From a virus: a DNA stretch of 64,000 bases. A program made the translations under genes and the position numbers. Of the stretch, positions 45,100 through 53,214 are shown piece after piece (positions within the stretch are counted from its first letter, which is position 1; each line of letters starts with the position of its first letter). The notes under the pieces were generated by a model that saw only the letters and a list, made by a program, of their open reading frames with translations, made no database searches and was not told the DNA's origin. The DNA is taken from positions 19,491-83,490 of IMG/VR virus record IMGVR_UViG_3300048999_000052; one strand, 5' to 3'.

Positions 45100-46088
45100 T
45101 GCCCTACCAGTCCGACGCGCAGCGTGGCTTCATGCACGCCAAGCATCCTGAGATCGCGGCCAAGTGGGACGCGGAGATCCGGTCCAAGAAGCACAAGCAC
45201 TCCAAGGACTGCGAGCACGCGGTGGACAAGAACGACCCGTTCGAGGTTGCCAAGGCCAAGATCCCGAAGGTGTCTGCTGGTCTGTCCGGTGCGCAGAAGG
45301 CTGGCCGCAAGGCCAAGAGCACTGCTAAGAACACCTACCTGAATGCCACCTCCAAGCCGACCTTCCGTAGTCCGTACACCGGTGACAAGTTCGGTAGCCG
45401 GAACAGTCGGATGTCGTCGTCTGACAAGAAGTTCTCCTTTCGGACTGGGCTAGCTGTGGGTGCTACCGGTGGCGGACTGGCTTCTGGCGTCGTTCATAGT
45501 CCGGAGATTAAGCGCAACAACAAGAAGGCCGAGGAGCTGAGCAAGGCTCGCTCGACTTTGATCACTGACTTCGGTACGACTGCGGGTAAGGCCCGTAAGT
45601 ACCCCGGGTTCCGAGCTGGGCGGTTCGCTGCCGGTACGGCAGTTGGGGCTGGGGCGATTTATGGCATGGGCTCAGCAGAGCGTGATGTCTCCAGGAATGC
45701 GTTGAGCCGGGCTCAGTCGAACAAGAAGCGGCGGGACACCATCGCCGCCAAGAAGAACGGGAGTACGACCGTGGCGAAGCAGGAGAAGGCAACGGGTGGA
45801 CGGCTGGCGGCGGGATATCTCGCTCCCGGTATCCATGGCGCGATTGCGGGCAAGAAGGGCAGCAAGCTCCGGGCGGCAGGCAACGAATTGGGCGGCACTG
45901 TCCTGGGATCGACTGCCGGTGGATTGGCTGCTGGTGTGCTGACCAGAGGTAAGGGCGCGGCGGCGGGCTCGGCCATTGGCTCTGGTGTCGGCGCTGTGGC
46001 TGGTACGGCTCGGGCGCAGCGGAAGGGTCACTTCAAGTTGCAGAAGAACGATGCCGTCTCGGCGTTCGGTGTGGACCACGGCTACTGA
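45099..46088 (+). CDS. basic multi-module Gly-zipper head protein
   Basis: MPYQSDAQR.FMHAKHPEIA.KW N-terminal motif; three cationic/hydrophobic modules; ends SAFGVDHGY. Confidence 0.75.
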   Translation: MPYQSDAQRGFMHAKHPEIAAKWDAEIRSKKHKHSKDCEHAVDKNDPFEVAKAKIPKVSAGLSGAQKAGRKAKSTAKNTYLNATSKPTFRSPYTGDKFGSRNSRMSSSDKKFSFRTGLAVGATGGGLASGVVHSPEIKRNNKKAEELSKARSTLITDFGTTAGKARKYPGFRAGRFAAGTAVGAGAIYGMGSAERDVSRNALSRAQSNKKRRDTIAAKKNGSTTVAKQEKATGGRLAAGYLAPGIHGAIAGKKGSKLRAAGNELGGTVLGSTAGGLAAGVLTRGKGAAAGSAIGSGVGAVAGTARAQRKGHFKLQKNDAVSAFGVDHGY

Positions 46089-46089
46089 G

Positions 46090-46440
46090 ATGGCCCAGAA
46101 CTCGAAGTTGCCAAGCAACTCGCGAATCGCTCGCCAGAAGAAGGCCCAGGCGGGCTTCTCTCTGGTGGGCGGCACGCTGGGCCTTGCTGCGTTGGCTTCT
46201 CGGGGTAAGGCTTCGCAGCTCACCAATGCGGCCAAGAAGACCACTGCCAATGGTCCACGGCTGCTCAGCCAGGCAGCCAGGTGGAAGGACCGCAGTACGG
46301 CGCTGACCACCGCAGGTGCTGGAGTTGGCGGAGTTGGAGCGTACAACTTCGCCTCCTACACCAACGCGGACGCGAAGAAGCAGCAGCGGTTGAAGAAGTC
46401 CGACACGGTTTCACCGTTCGGAATTGACCACGGGTATTAA
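46090..46440 (+). CDS. basic Gly-zipper head protein
   Basis: Two Gly/Ala hydrophobic segments; ends SPFGIDHGY. Confidence 0.75.
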   Translation: MAQNSKLPSNSRIARQKKAQAGFSLVGGTLGLAALASRGKASQLTNAAKKTTANGPRLLSQAARWKDRSTALTTAGAGVGGVGAYNFASYTNADAKKQQRLKKSDTVSPFGIDHGY

Positions 46441-46483
46441 ACCCGACTTGCGCGGACTCAGAAACTAAGAGCGAGGTGACGAA

Positions 46484-47509
46484 GTGAAGCCGAAGGTTGT
46501 CAAGGGACTGTCCGACATCGAGATCGACGAGGTCTCGCTGGTGGACCGGAGTGCCAACCAGCACGCTGCAGTCGCCATCGCGAAGAGGGCTCCCGAGGAG
46601 GAGAATATGCCCGATCTGTACACCGAGGACGGAACCCTCCTCGATGAAGACACCCTGGTGAACGGCCAGATCGTCTATGCCCAGGACGGCACCGCCTACG
46701 AGTTCACCGCCGACCCTGAGGTCGAGCCGGGGGACGAAGAGGTTGACGAGCCGGACGAGGACATTGAAGACGACGACGTTGAGGTAGAAGAGCGGGAGCT
46801 TGCTGGTGTTGGCAAGGCCTTTGGCTTCGCCGGCTCTGCTGGTACGCAGGCCCCGAGTCGCCCGACGATGCAGCCCTCCACCCCGGCTAGCCCGTTCCGA
46901 GTCGGCGCGGGTATGAACCAGCAGAAGAAGAAGCCCCTCGCGGGCCAAATGGGAGGTGGCGCGATGCCCCAGCGTCCGAAGCTCGGGGCGGCTGCTGCAC
47001 GCCCCACGGTCGCGAAGTCTTTCCAGGAGCAGGTACTCGAAGAGCTGTCCAAGGCCTACACCGACGAGGACCGCGATGCGGTGCTGTCGAAGGCGTTCGC
47101 TGAGGTAGACGGCTATAAGACCCAGGCGGCTGAGGCAGTCAAGATTGCCAAGTCCGAGCGGGACCTGCGACTGACCAACGAGTACATCGCCAAGGCAGAG
47201 GAATACAACCTGCCGGTGGATGCTGCTCAGCTCGGCCCGGTGCTGTACCGGATGGCCGAGACCATGAGCTACGAGGACTGCTCGGTGATCGCGAAGTGCC
47301 TGGAGGCTTCGGGCTCGATGATCTTCGAGGAGGTCGGCTACATCGGTGGCGGTGACAATGTCGACGTACTGGACGCTGTTGACGCTCAGGCTCAGGAGCT
47401 GGTCGGCAAGTCCGACAGCTTGGGCACCGAGGAAGCCTGGTCTCAGGTATTCGAGTCCAACCCGCAGGCCTACGACGAGTACCTCGCCCAGTCGCGGCGC
47501 GGTTACTGA
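46484..47509 (+). CDS. scaffolding protein with N-terminal protease strand; internal start at 46607
   Basis: LSDIEIDEVSLVDRSAN; acidic linker; helical C-half ending NPQAYDEY; upstream of capsid genes. Confidence 0.8.
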   Translation: MKPKVVKGLSDIEIDEVSLVDRSANQHAAVAIAKRAPEEENMPDLYTEDGTLLDEDTLVNGQIVYAQDGTAYEFTADPEVEPGDEEVDEPDEDIEDDDVEVEERELAGVGKAFGFAGSAGTQAPSRPTMQPSTPASPFRVGAGMNQQKKKPLAGQMGGGAMPQRPKLGAAAARPTVAKSFQEQVLEELSKAYTDEDRDAVLSKAFAEVDGYKTQAAEAVKIAKSERDLRLTNEYIAKAEEYNLPVDAAQLGPVLYRMAETMSYEDCSVIAKCLEASGSMIFEEVGYIGGGDNVDVLDAVDAQAQELVGKSDSLGTEEAWSQVFESNPQAYDEYLAQSRRGY

Positions 47510-47530
47510 AGGGAAGGAAGGTAACCCACC

Positions 47531-47932
47531 GTGGCGTACGACGAGTCGCTCCGTAGCATCACGCTGAAGGCTGACAGCTCTGTCGGCATCTACACGGGTG
47601 TACCCGGCATGCCGGGATCTGCGAACCCCAACGCGGGCAAGCAGTACCACTTCGTGAAGGTGACCGGTGCAGGGATTATCGGTCTCGGAGACGCAACCGC
47701 AAATCCGGTTGGCGTCCTCCAGAACAAGCCCCAGGGCGTTGGCCATGCGGCCACCGTGGGGTTCAACGGTGTCACCCGAGTTGTCTCGGACGTGGCCATC
47801 ACCGCTGGCGACCTGATCAAGGTCTCCGCAGATGGCCAGGCCGCAAAGACCGGCGCGGGTCCGACCGTTGGAATCGCTCTGACCACGACTGCGGCGGCAG
47901 GGGACCTTGTGTCCGTCCTGCTGACCCTCTGA
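47531..47932 (+). CDS. capsid decoration/cement protein (DUF2190-like)
   Basis: FVK...GVLQNKP...G.T.V.....I.AGD.I.....G.A...GIAL..A.AGD.VSVLL. Confidence 0.8.
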   Translation: MAYDESLRSITLKADSSVGIYTGVPGMPGSANPNAGKQYHFVKVTGAGIIGLGDATANPVGVLQNKPQGVGHAATVGFNGVTRVVSDVAITAGDLIKVSADGQAAKTGAGPTVGIALTTTAAAGDLVSVLLTL

Positions 47933-47951
47933 TAGAGAGAAGGAGTAGAAG

Positions 47952-48959
47952 ATGCCGTCTCCCTCGCAGAGCGATCTCCACGTCAACGTACCGCTGACGA
48001 ACATCTCGATCGCGTACATGCAGAAGGCTGACGCGTATATCGCGAACAAGGTCTTCCCGCGTGTACCGGTGCAGAAGCAGTCGGACATGTACTGGAAGTA
48101 CACCAAGTCGGACTGGCGCCGGACGGACGTGCAGAAGCGTGCGCCGGGCACCGAGTCGGCTGGCGTCGGCTGGAAGGTCGACACCGATACGTACTTCGCG
48201 CACCCGTACGCGGTGCACAAGGACATCGACGACCAGCTTCGGGCCAACGCAGACTCCAACTGGAGCCTGGATCGGGACTCGACCACGTTCATCACCAACC
48301 AGATGCTGATCAAGCGGGACCTGGACTGGGCGAACGCGTTCTTCAAGACCGGTGTGTGGGGATCGGACCAGACTGGTGTGGCGGCTAGCCCGACCACCAA
48401 CCAGTTCCTGCAGTTCGACGACCCGGCCTCTGACCCCATCTCGCTGTTCGCGATGGCTCAGATCAAGTTCGTCGAGCAGACCGGCTACAAGGCCAACACC
48501 CTGGTCATGGGTGCACAGGTGCTCCGGGTTCTCAAGGAACACCCGGACATCATCGACCGAATCAAGTACACCCAGAAGGGCATCGTCAGCACTGACCTGC
48601 TGGCCACGCTCTTCGACGTGGACAAGATCCTGGTCAGCTACGCTTCCTCGACCAACGTCGCCGAGCAGGCTGACGGTCGGCTCCAGGACGCGGCAGCCAC
48701 CTACGCTTTCATCAACGACCCGTACTCGATGCTGCTGTGCTACAGCGCTTCGTCCCCGTCGCTGATGACCCCGACCGCGGGGTACACGTTCACCTGGAAC
48801 GGGTACAGCAACGGCAACGGCCAGGGCATTCGGGTCAAGAACTTCCGGATGGAACACCTGGAGGTTGATCGCATCGAGGCCACGATGACCTACGACATGA
48901 AGGTTGTGTCGCCGGACATGGGCATCTTCTACTCGGCTGCAGTCGCCACGGTTTCCTGA
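47952..48959 (+). CDS. major capsid protein
   Basis: HVNVPLTNISIAY...IA..VFP.VPV.KQS...RAPGTE; 335 aa; followed by a terminator. Confidence 0.9.
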   Translation: MPSPSQSDLHVNVPLTNISIAYMQKADAYIANKVFPRVPVQKQSDMYWKYTKSDWRRTDVQKRAPGTESAGVGWKVDTDTYFAHPYAVHKDIDDQLRANADSNWSLDRDSTTFITNQMLIKRDLDWANAFFKTGVWGSDQTGVAASPTTNQFLQFDDPASDPISLFAMAQIKFVEQTGYKANTLVMGAQVLRVLKEHPDIIDRIKYTQKGIVSTDLLATLFDVDKILVSYASSTNVAEQADGRLQDAAATYAFINDPYSMLLCYSASSPSLMTPTAGYTFTWNGYSNGNGQGIRVKNFRMEHLEVDRIEATMTYDMKVVSPDMGIFYSAAVATVS

Positions 48960-48972
48960 TAGACGCGCAGGG

Positions 48973-49002
48973 GAGGGGCCGCTCACAAAGCGGCCCCTTG
49001 CT
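48973..49002 (+). terminator. stem-loop terminator after the capsid gene
   Basis: AGGGGCCGC-TCACAAA-GCGGCCCCT. Confidence 0.6.
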
Positions 49003-49018
49003 TGCCTTAGGAGGACAG

Positions 49019-49486
49019 ATGCGGCAGAAGTTCCTCGATCACGAGGCCGTCCACTTCATCGCCGGTCGGATCTTCTCCCACGGTGGGAAGACGTACTACC
49101 CCGGCGAGCCCGTCGACGACGCTCGGGACTGGAAGAACCTGGAGACCTCGGTCCGATCCAGGTACCTGGTGGCAGTCACGGAAGACGTTGACGTCTTGCC
49201 TCCGCAGATCAAGAAGGACGTCAAGTCCATCGACTTCGCGATGTACAAGCTGCGGGCCGATCACTACCTGCCTTCGATCCAGGCTCGGGACACCCGCCAG
49301 GCTGAACTGGCCAAGAGCTTCGATCCTGGCGAGCACACCATTGCTGAGATTCGCAATCACCTGGAAACCTACCCGGACGAGGCCGAACAGGTCCTTGAGC
49401 GGGAAAAGCAGGGCAAGAACCGCGTCCGGCTCGTTACGGAGCTGGAAGAGCAACTGACGGCACCAGAGGAGCCAATCGATGTCTGA
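49019..49486 (+). CDS. hypothetical virion-associated protein
   Basis: AGGAGG RBS; C-terminal TIAEI...VLE.E..GKNR..L helical motif. Confidence 0.7.
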   Translation: MRQKFLDHEAVHFIAGRIFSHGGKTYYPGEPVDDARDWKNLETSVRSRYLVAVTEDVDVLPPQIKKDVKSIDFAMYKLRADHYLPSIQARDTRQAELAKSFDPGEHTIAEIRNHLETYPDEAEQVLEREKQGKNRVRLVTELEEQLTAPEEPIDV

Positions 49487-49856
49487 GAACCCGAACCGGG
49501 TGTACGAGGACGATGTCCCGACCCCGGAGGACGTACAGGCCAAGGCAGCTGACGGCGAAGCCCTGACGCTGCAGGAGCTTGAGCAGATCAACATGCCGCC
49601 GGCTCGGCCGCACAACGACGACGCTGAGATCGGCAAGCGCTTCGAGCCCAGCAACTACGCTCCGGCCGCACAGCCGGATCTGAACGCCCCGGCCTACGTG
49701 CTGGCTGCCCAGGCCAAGGCAGTCGCAGACGGCGACGAGGACGTCCGGGTGGGCCAGAGCGACCCGTCGCTGCAGAAGCGCCCTACCAAGGCCGACAGGG
49801 CTGCACAGGCTGACAAGGCCGCCCAGGCCGAGGCTGACAAGGCTGACAAGAAGTAA
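49479..49856 (+). CDS. low-complexity hypothetical protein
   Basis: GAGGAG RBS; ADKA repeats. Confidence 0.65.
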   Translation: MSENPNRVYEDDVPTPEDVQAKAADGEALTLQELEQINMPPARPHNDDAEIGKRFEPSNYAPAAQPDLNAPAYVLAAQAKAVADGDEDVRVGQSDPSLQKRPTKADRAAQADKAAQAEADKADKK

Positions 49857-49880
49857 TCGAGGTAGCGGATTGGAGGAGTC

Positions 49881-50357
49881 ATGACCTGGACCTATTCGGG
49901 TAATCCGACCACGTCCACGACCGACGAGATCCGGTTCCTGATCGGGGACACTGACTCCTCCGATCCGTTGCTCCAAGACGAAGAGATCGCGTACCTGTAC
50001 AACACCTGGTACACGATCTACGGGACGGTCTTCTACGTGGCCTCGATTGCCTGCGAGACCATCGCTGCGTCGTACGCCCGGGAAGCCTCCCACTCAGCTG
50101 ACGGGGTGAGTCTTCAGCTTGGCGAGATCCAGGCGAAGTTCACCAAGCAGGCTGAGACGCTGCGCGAGCAGCACGCGAGTCTGCTCATCGGCGGAATCCC
50201 TGACGTGGGCGGCGTCACCGCCGGTGAGCAGCCAGACCCGATGATTGCCCCTCTGATCTTCGGTACTGGCATGAGTGACAACATCTCGGCTGGTCGGCAG
50301 GACTACGGCAGCCGGGACTTCCCGGAGTACTTCCCCGAGCAGTATCCGGGGTACTGA
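49881..50357 (+). CDS. head-to-tail adaptor
   Basis: WTYSG.P....D.IRFLIGDTD...L.DEEI.YL. Confidence 0.82.
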   Translation: MTWTYSGNPTTSTTDEIRFLIGDTDSSDPLLQDEEIAYLYNTWYTIYGTVFYVASIACETIAASYAREASHSADGVSLQLGEIQAKFTKQAETLREQHASLLIGGIPDVGGVTAGEQPDPMIAPLIFGTGMSDNISAGRQDYGSRDFPEYFPEQYPGY

Positions 50358-50770
50358 TGCACGCCGGGATCAGCAACCGGGCACGCGCCTACGTACGGCG
50401 CAAGGCCACGGCCGAGATGTTGTCCACTTGCCGAATCGAGCGGGTGGCTAAACCGGTGTGGGATCCCAACACTAACCTGGTCACATCTGGTACCAGAGTC
50501 ACCATCTACCAAGGCGTTTGCCGGGTCTGGGAGGTCTCTGGAGCCAGGCCGTTCCAGGTAGGTGACGACGTGATCTTGCTGCAGAACACCAACTTGTCTG
50601 TCCCCTGGGATGTCGACCCGGTCCCAGACGAGAACGACGAGGCGTTGATCTTGAGCTCCAAGGTCGATGACGCGCTGGTGGGTAAGCGCTACCGGATCAT
50701 CAGTTCGGCCAAGGCAGGCGACCTACGGGCCACCCGCCGGTTCGCGGTCGAGGGAGTGAACGAGCCGTGA
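50357..50770 (+). CDS. head-to-tail stopper (DUF6093-like)
   Basis: M..TCRI.R....D...G....IY.G.CRV...L.G.RY. Confidence 0.75.
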   Translation: MHAGISNRARAYVRRKATAEMLSTCRIERVAKPVWDPNTNLVTSGTRVTIYQGVCRVWEVSGARPFQVGDDVILLQNTNLSVPWDVDPVPDENDEALILSSKVDDALVGKRYRIISSAKAGDLRATRRFAVEGVNEP

Positions 50771-51219
50771 GCGTGACCCAGCTCGATATCACTCAGCTGG
50801 CGATTGATCTGAACAACGCTGGTGAGATGGCGGGCAAGTCGTTGGACGACCTGTTGATGTTCGTCGGCAACTCGATGGCTGCCGACATGCAGGCGATCGT
50901 GCCAGTGGACACCGGCAACCTGAAGATGTCGATCAAGGTCGTGGTGATGTCTCGTGGACGGCTAGAGATTGGTCCGGACACCCTGATGGCGCCGTACGCC
51001 TGGGATGTCGAGTACGGCACCAAGCCGCACGTGATCGAAGCCAAGCCTGGCAAGGTGCTGCGCTTCCAGGCGGGTGGCAAGGTCATCTACACCCGCAAGG
51101 TCAACCACCCTGGTACGAGGGCGCAACCCTATGTTCGACCAGTAGTGCAGAACTGGGTGGATCGACTCGGTGCGGAAGCTGTAACCGTGGGAGTTAACGA
51201 AGTCGTGAGCCCGAAATGA
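50767..51219 (+). CDS. HK97 gp10-like neck protein
   Basis: PVDTGNL..SI...YA..VEYGT.PH.I...V.HPGT.AQPY.RP. Confidence 0.85.
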   Translation: MSVTQLDITQLAIDLNNAGEMAGKSLDDLLMFVGNSMAADMQAIVPVDTGNLKMSIKVVVMSRGRLEIGPDTLMAPYAWDVEYGTKPHVIEAKPGKVLRFQAGGKVIYTRKVNHPGTRAQPYVRPVVQNWVDRLGAEAVTVGVNEVVSPK

Positions 51220-51689
51220 ACGCGGTGACGCTGCCGCGCGGGCAGATCACGACCTACGTCGTCGAGACCGTTCTGGACTCATTTCCGTTTCCAGTCGGCG
51301 ACAACGACGAGCCAGCTGAGCCCCATGGTTGGCAGGGTGAACCGAACGAGGCCGGGACGAACTTCATCCCGTGGATCTCAATCGGTACCGGCAGCTCGAA
51401 CAACTCCTCTGGGCCGCAGGCCATGTCTGCTGCGGACTGGCGGGTGAACTACTTCATCACCACCGCCGGGATGGCGCGCAAGCAGACCGATCAGCTTGCC
51501 GACACCGCGCGGGACACCGTAGTTAAGTTGGCGCGACAGACGATCATGACCACGAATGGGAACTGGCGAATCCAGCAAGCCCGGGTGGTCAGCATCGGCG
51601 GGATCAACAGGATGTCGCAGACCCGCCCCTTCTATTTTGTACAAGTCGATGTAGTTGAACTCTGGTTGAGCAGGGAGATTGGCTCATGA
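51216..51689 (+). CDS. tail terminator
   Basis: Synteny between gp10-like and major tail genes; size. Confidence 0.65.
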   Translation: MNAVTLPRGQITTYVVETVLDSFPFPVGDNDEPAEPHGWQGEPNEAGTNFIPWISIGTGSSNNSSGPQAMSAADWRVNYFITTAGMARKQTDQLADTARDTVVKLARQTIMTTNGNWRIQQARVVSIGGINRMSQTRPFYFVQVDVVELWLSREIGS

Positions 51690-51907
51690 GCGTGGAAAAG
51701 GTACGTATCCGTCACGAGGAGACCGGTCAGGAATCCACGGTCGTAGCCAGCGCAGTCCCTGGCTGGGAAACGGTTGGCTGGACTCGTGTGGATGATGAAG
51801 GTAGCCAGGAGGAGGTTGCGCCCCCGGAAGCTTCGGCTCCGGACGTCGCCGTCACCAAGGTGAAGAACGGTGGTCCGGCCGTGCCGGACACTTCTAAGAA
51901 GGAGTGA
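51686..51907 (+). CDS. small hypothetical protein
   Basis: VRIRH..TG...V...AV..W...GW motif; 4-bp overlaps. Confidence 0.65.
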   Translation: MSVEKVRIRHEETGQESTVVASAVPGWETVGWTRVDDEGSQEEVAPPEASAPDVAVTKVKNGGPAVPDTSKKE

Positions 51908-51909
51908 CG

Positions 51910-52386
51910 ATGGCTCGGATCATCCCGAACGAGAACAGCTGGATCGGATTCGCGACTGCGGTCGCTTCGGTGTCTGCTCCGACTGTTGCGAACATTACGG
52001 CTGCGGTCAACCTGACCCCGTACGTGATTTCGATCAACGCCTCCTCGCGAGGCAACACGGTGCCGACCCCGGCTTTCGACTCGCTCTTTGAGACGTCGAT
52101 CGCCGGTACGGTACAGGCCACCTTCGACGCGGACTTCTACCGCGACGACGAGACCGACCTGGCGTGGACCACTCTGCCGCGAGCGACTGATGGTTTCTTC
52201 ATCATCAGCCGATTCGGTGGTGGCGGTGCCAACCATGCCCCGGTTGCCACCGATCTCGTTGAGGTCTGGCCGATCTTGATCGTGTCCCGGACGATGGCGA
52301 ACATGAGCAACAACACGGTGTTGACCTTCACGGCTTCGGGTTCGGTCCCGGTCGAGCCGGTCGAAGACGCCGTGATCGCAGCCTAA
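51910..52386 (+). CDS. major tail protein
   Basis: APT.A.I..AV.LT...RD......W..LPR...GF.IISR.G...V.VWP; synteny. Confidence 0.8.
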   Translation: MARIIPNENSWIGFATAVASVSAPTVANITAAVNLTPYVISINASSRGNTVPTPAFDSLFETSIAGTVQATFDADFYRDDETDLAWTTLPRATDGFFIISRFGGGGANHAPVATDLVEVWPILIVSRTMANMSNNTVLTFTASGSVPVEPVEDAVIAA

Positions 52387-52414
52387 TATCCGCTCCTACC
52401 GCCCAGGAGGAACT

Positions 52415-52846
52415 GTGGTTACCAAGCCTATTCAAGAAGAAGCCAAGCCCTCGTCGGTGGCTCGTACCAAGCGGGCCACCTTCGATCGGCTGGCCAAGAA
52501 GGCCAAGGCCGAACGCGAAGTCACCCTGGAGCTGGAAGGTGACGACGGTGAGCTGGAAGAGGTCACGCTGCTGTTCCGAGCGATCGGCGCCAAGCAGTAC
52601 GACGACCTGATTGCCAAGAACCCACCGGATGCCAAGCAGAAAATCAACGGCGACATCTACAACATCCACACCTTCGCGCCAGCCCTGATCGCAGTCTGCT
52701 CGGTTGAGCCGCAGTTGTCCTACAACGAAGCCAAGGCCATCTGGGACGACGAGAACTGGTCCCGGGGTGAAGTGATGACCTTGTTCTCCTCCTGTGTGGA
52801 GCTGTGCAACAAGGGCCTGAACATCCCTTTCATCGGCAGCGCCTGA
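52415..52846 (+). CDS. tail assembly chaperone (gpG-like)
   Basis: Between the major tail and tape measure genes; F.P.LIA.C..EP. Confidence 0.82.
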   Translation: MVTKPIQEEAKPSSVARTKRATFDRLAKKAKAEREVTLELEGDDGELEEVTLLFRAIGAKQYDDLIAKNPPDAKQKINGDIYNIHTFAPALIAVCSVEPQLSYNEAKAIWDDENWSRGEVMTLFSSCVELCNKGLNIPFIGSA

Positions 52847-53214
52847 GGAATGACCCCAGCTTCCACATGGAGCTGGGGTACTGCGTGGACCACGGCATCC
52901 CGCACTCGAAGTGGCTGGAGCAGTGGTCCCCGGAGGATCGTTCCAAGGTTCTCGCATATCTGGTCGAACAGGCGGACCGGTGCGATATGTGCGGGACCGC
53001 ACCGTATGAGTGGGATGAGAATCCCTACGCCTACGAGGCCGTGGACCACTTCTGTAAGGGCTGCTATCTGAAGTCGGTCTACTCCGATGCCGAGTCCAAT
53101 GCCCTGCCTGGCACCAACGTCACGCTGATCCCAGTCACCCAGGGGCGACTGTTGGAACGCCTGATCATGGAAGAGAAGCGCAAGCGTAAGAAGAAGAGCT
53201 TCCAGGAGGGCTAG
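52825..53214 (+). CDS. -1 frameshifted extension of the tail assembly chaperone (gpGT-like)
   Basis: Slippery C-CCT-TTC at 52825-52831; downstream ORF is in the -1 frame with no RBS. Confidence 0.78.
   Translation, partial: PFHRQRLRNDPSFHMELGYCVDHGIPHSKWLEQWSPEDRSKVLAYLVEQADRCDMCGTAPYEWDENPYAYEAVDHFCKGCYLKSVYSDAESNALPGTNVTLIPVTQGRLLERLIMEEKRKRKKKSFQEG

Noticed and set aside
46265-48439. 724-aa minus-strand ORF and other long antisense ORFs (e.g. 38524-39873, 2167-3162)
   Set aside because: Shadow frames of GC3-rich genes on the opposite strand; no RBS or motifs
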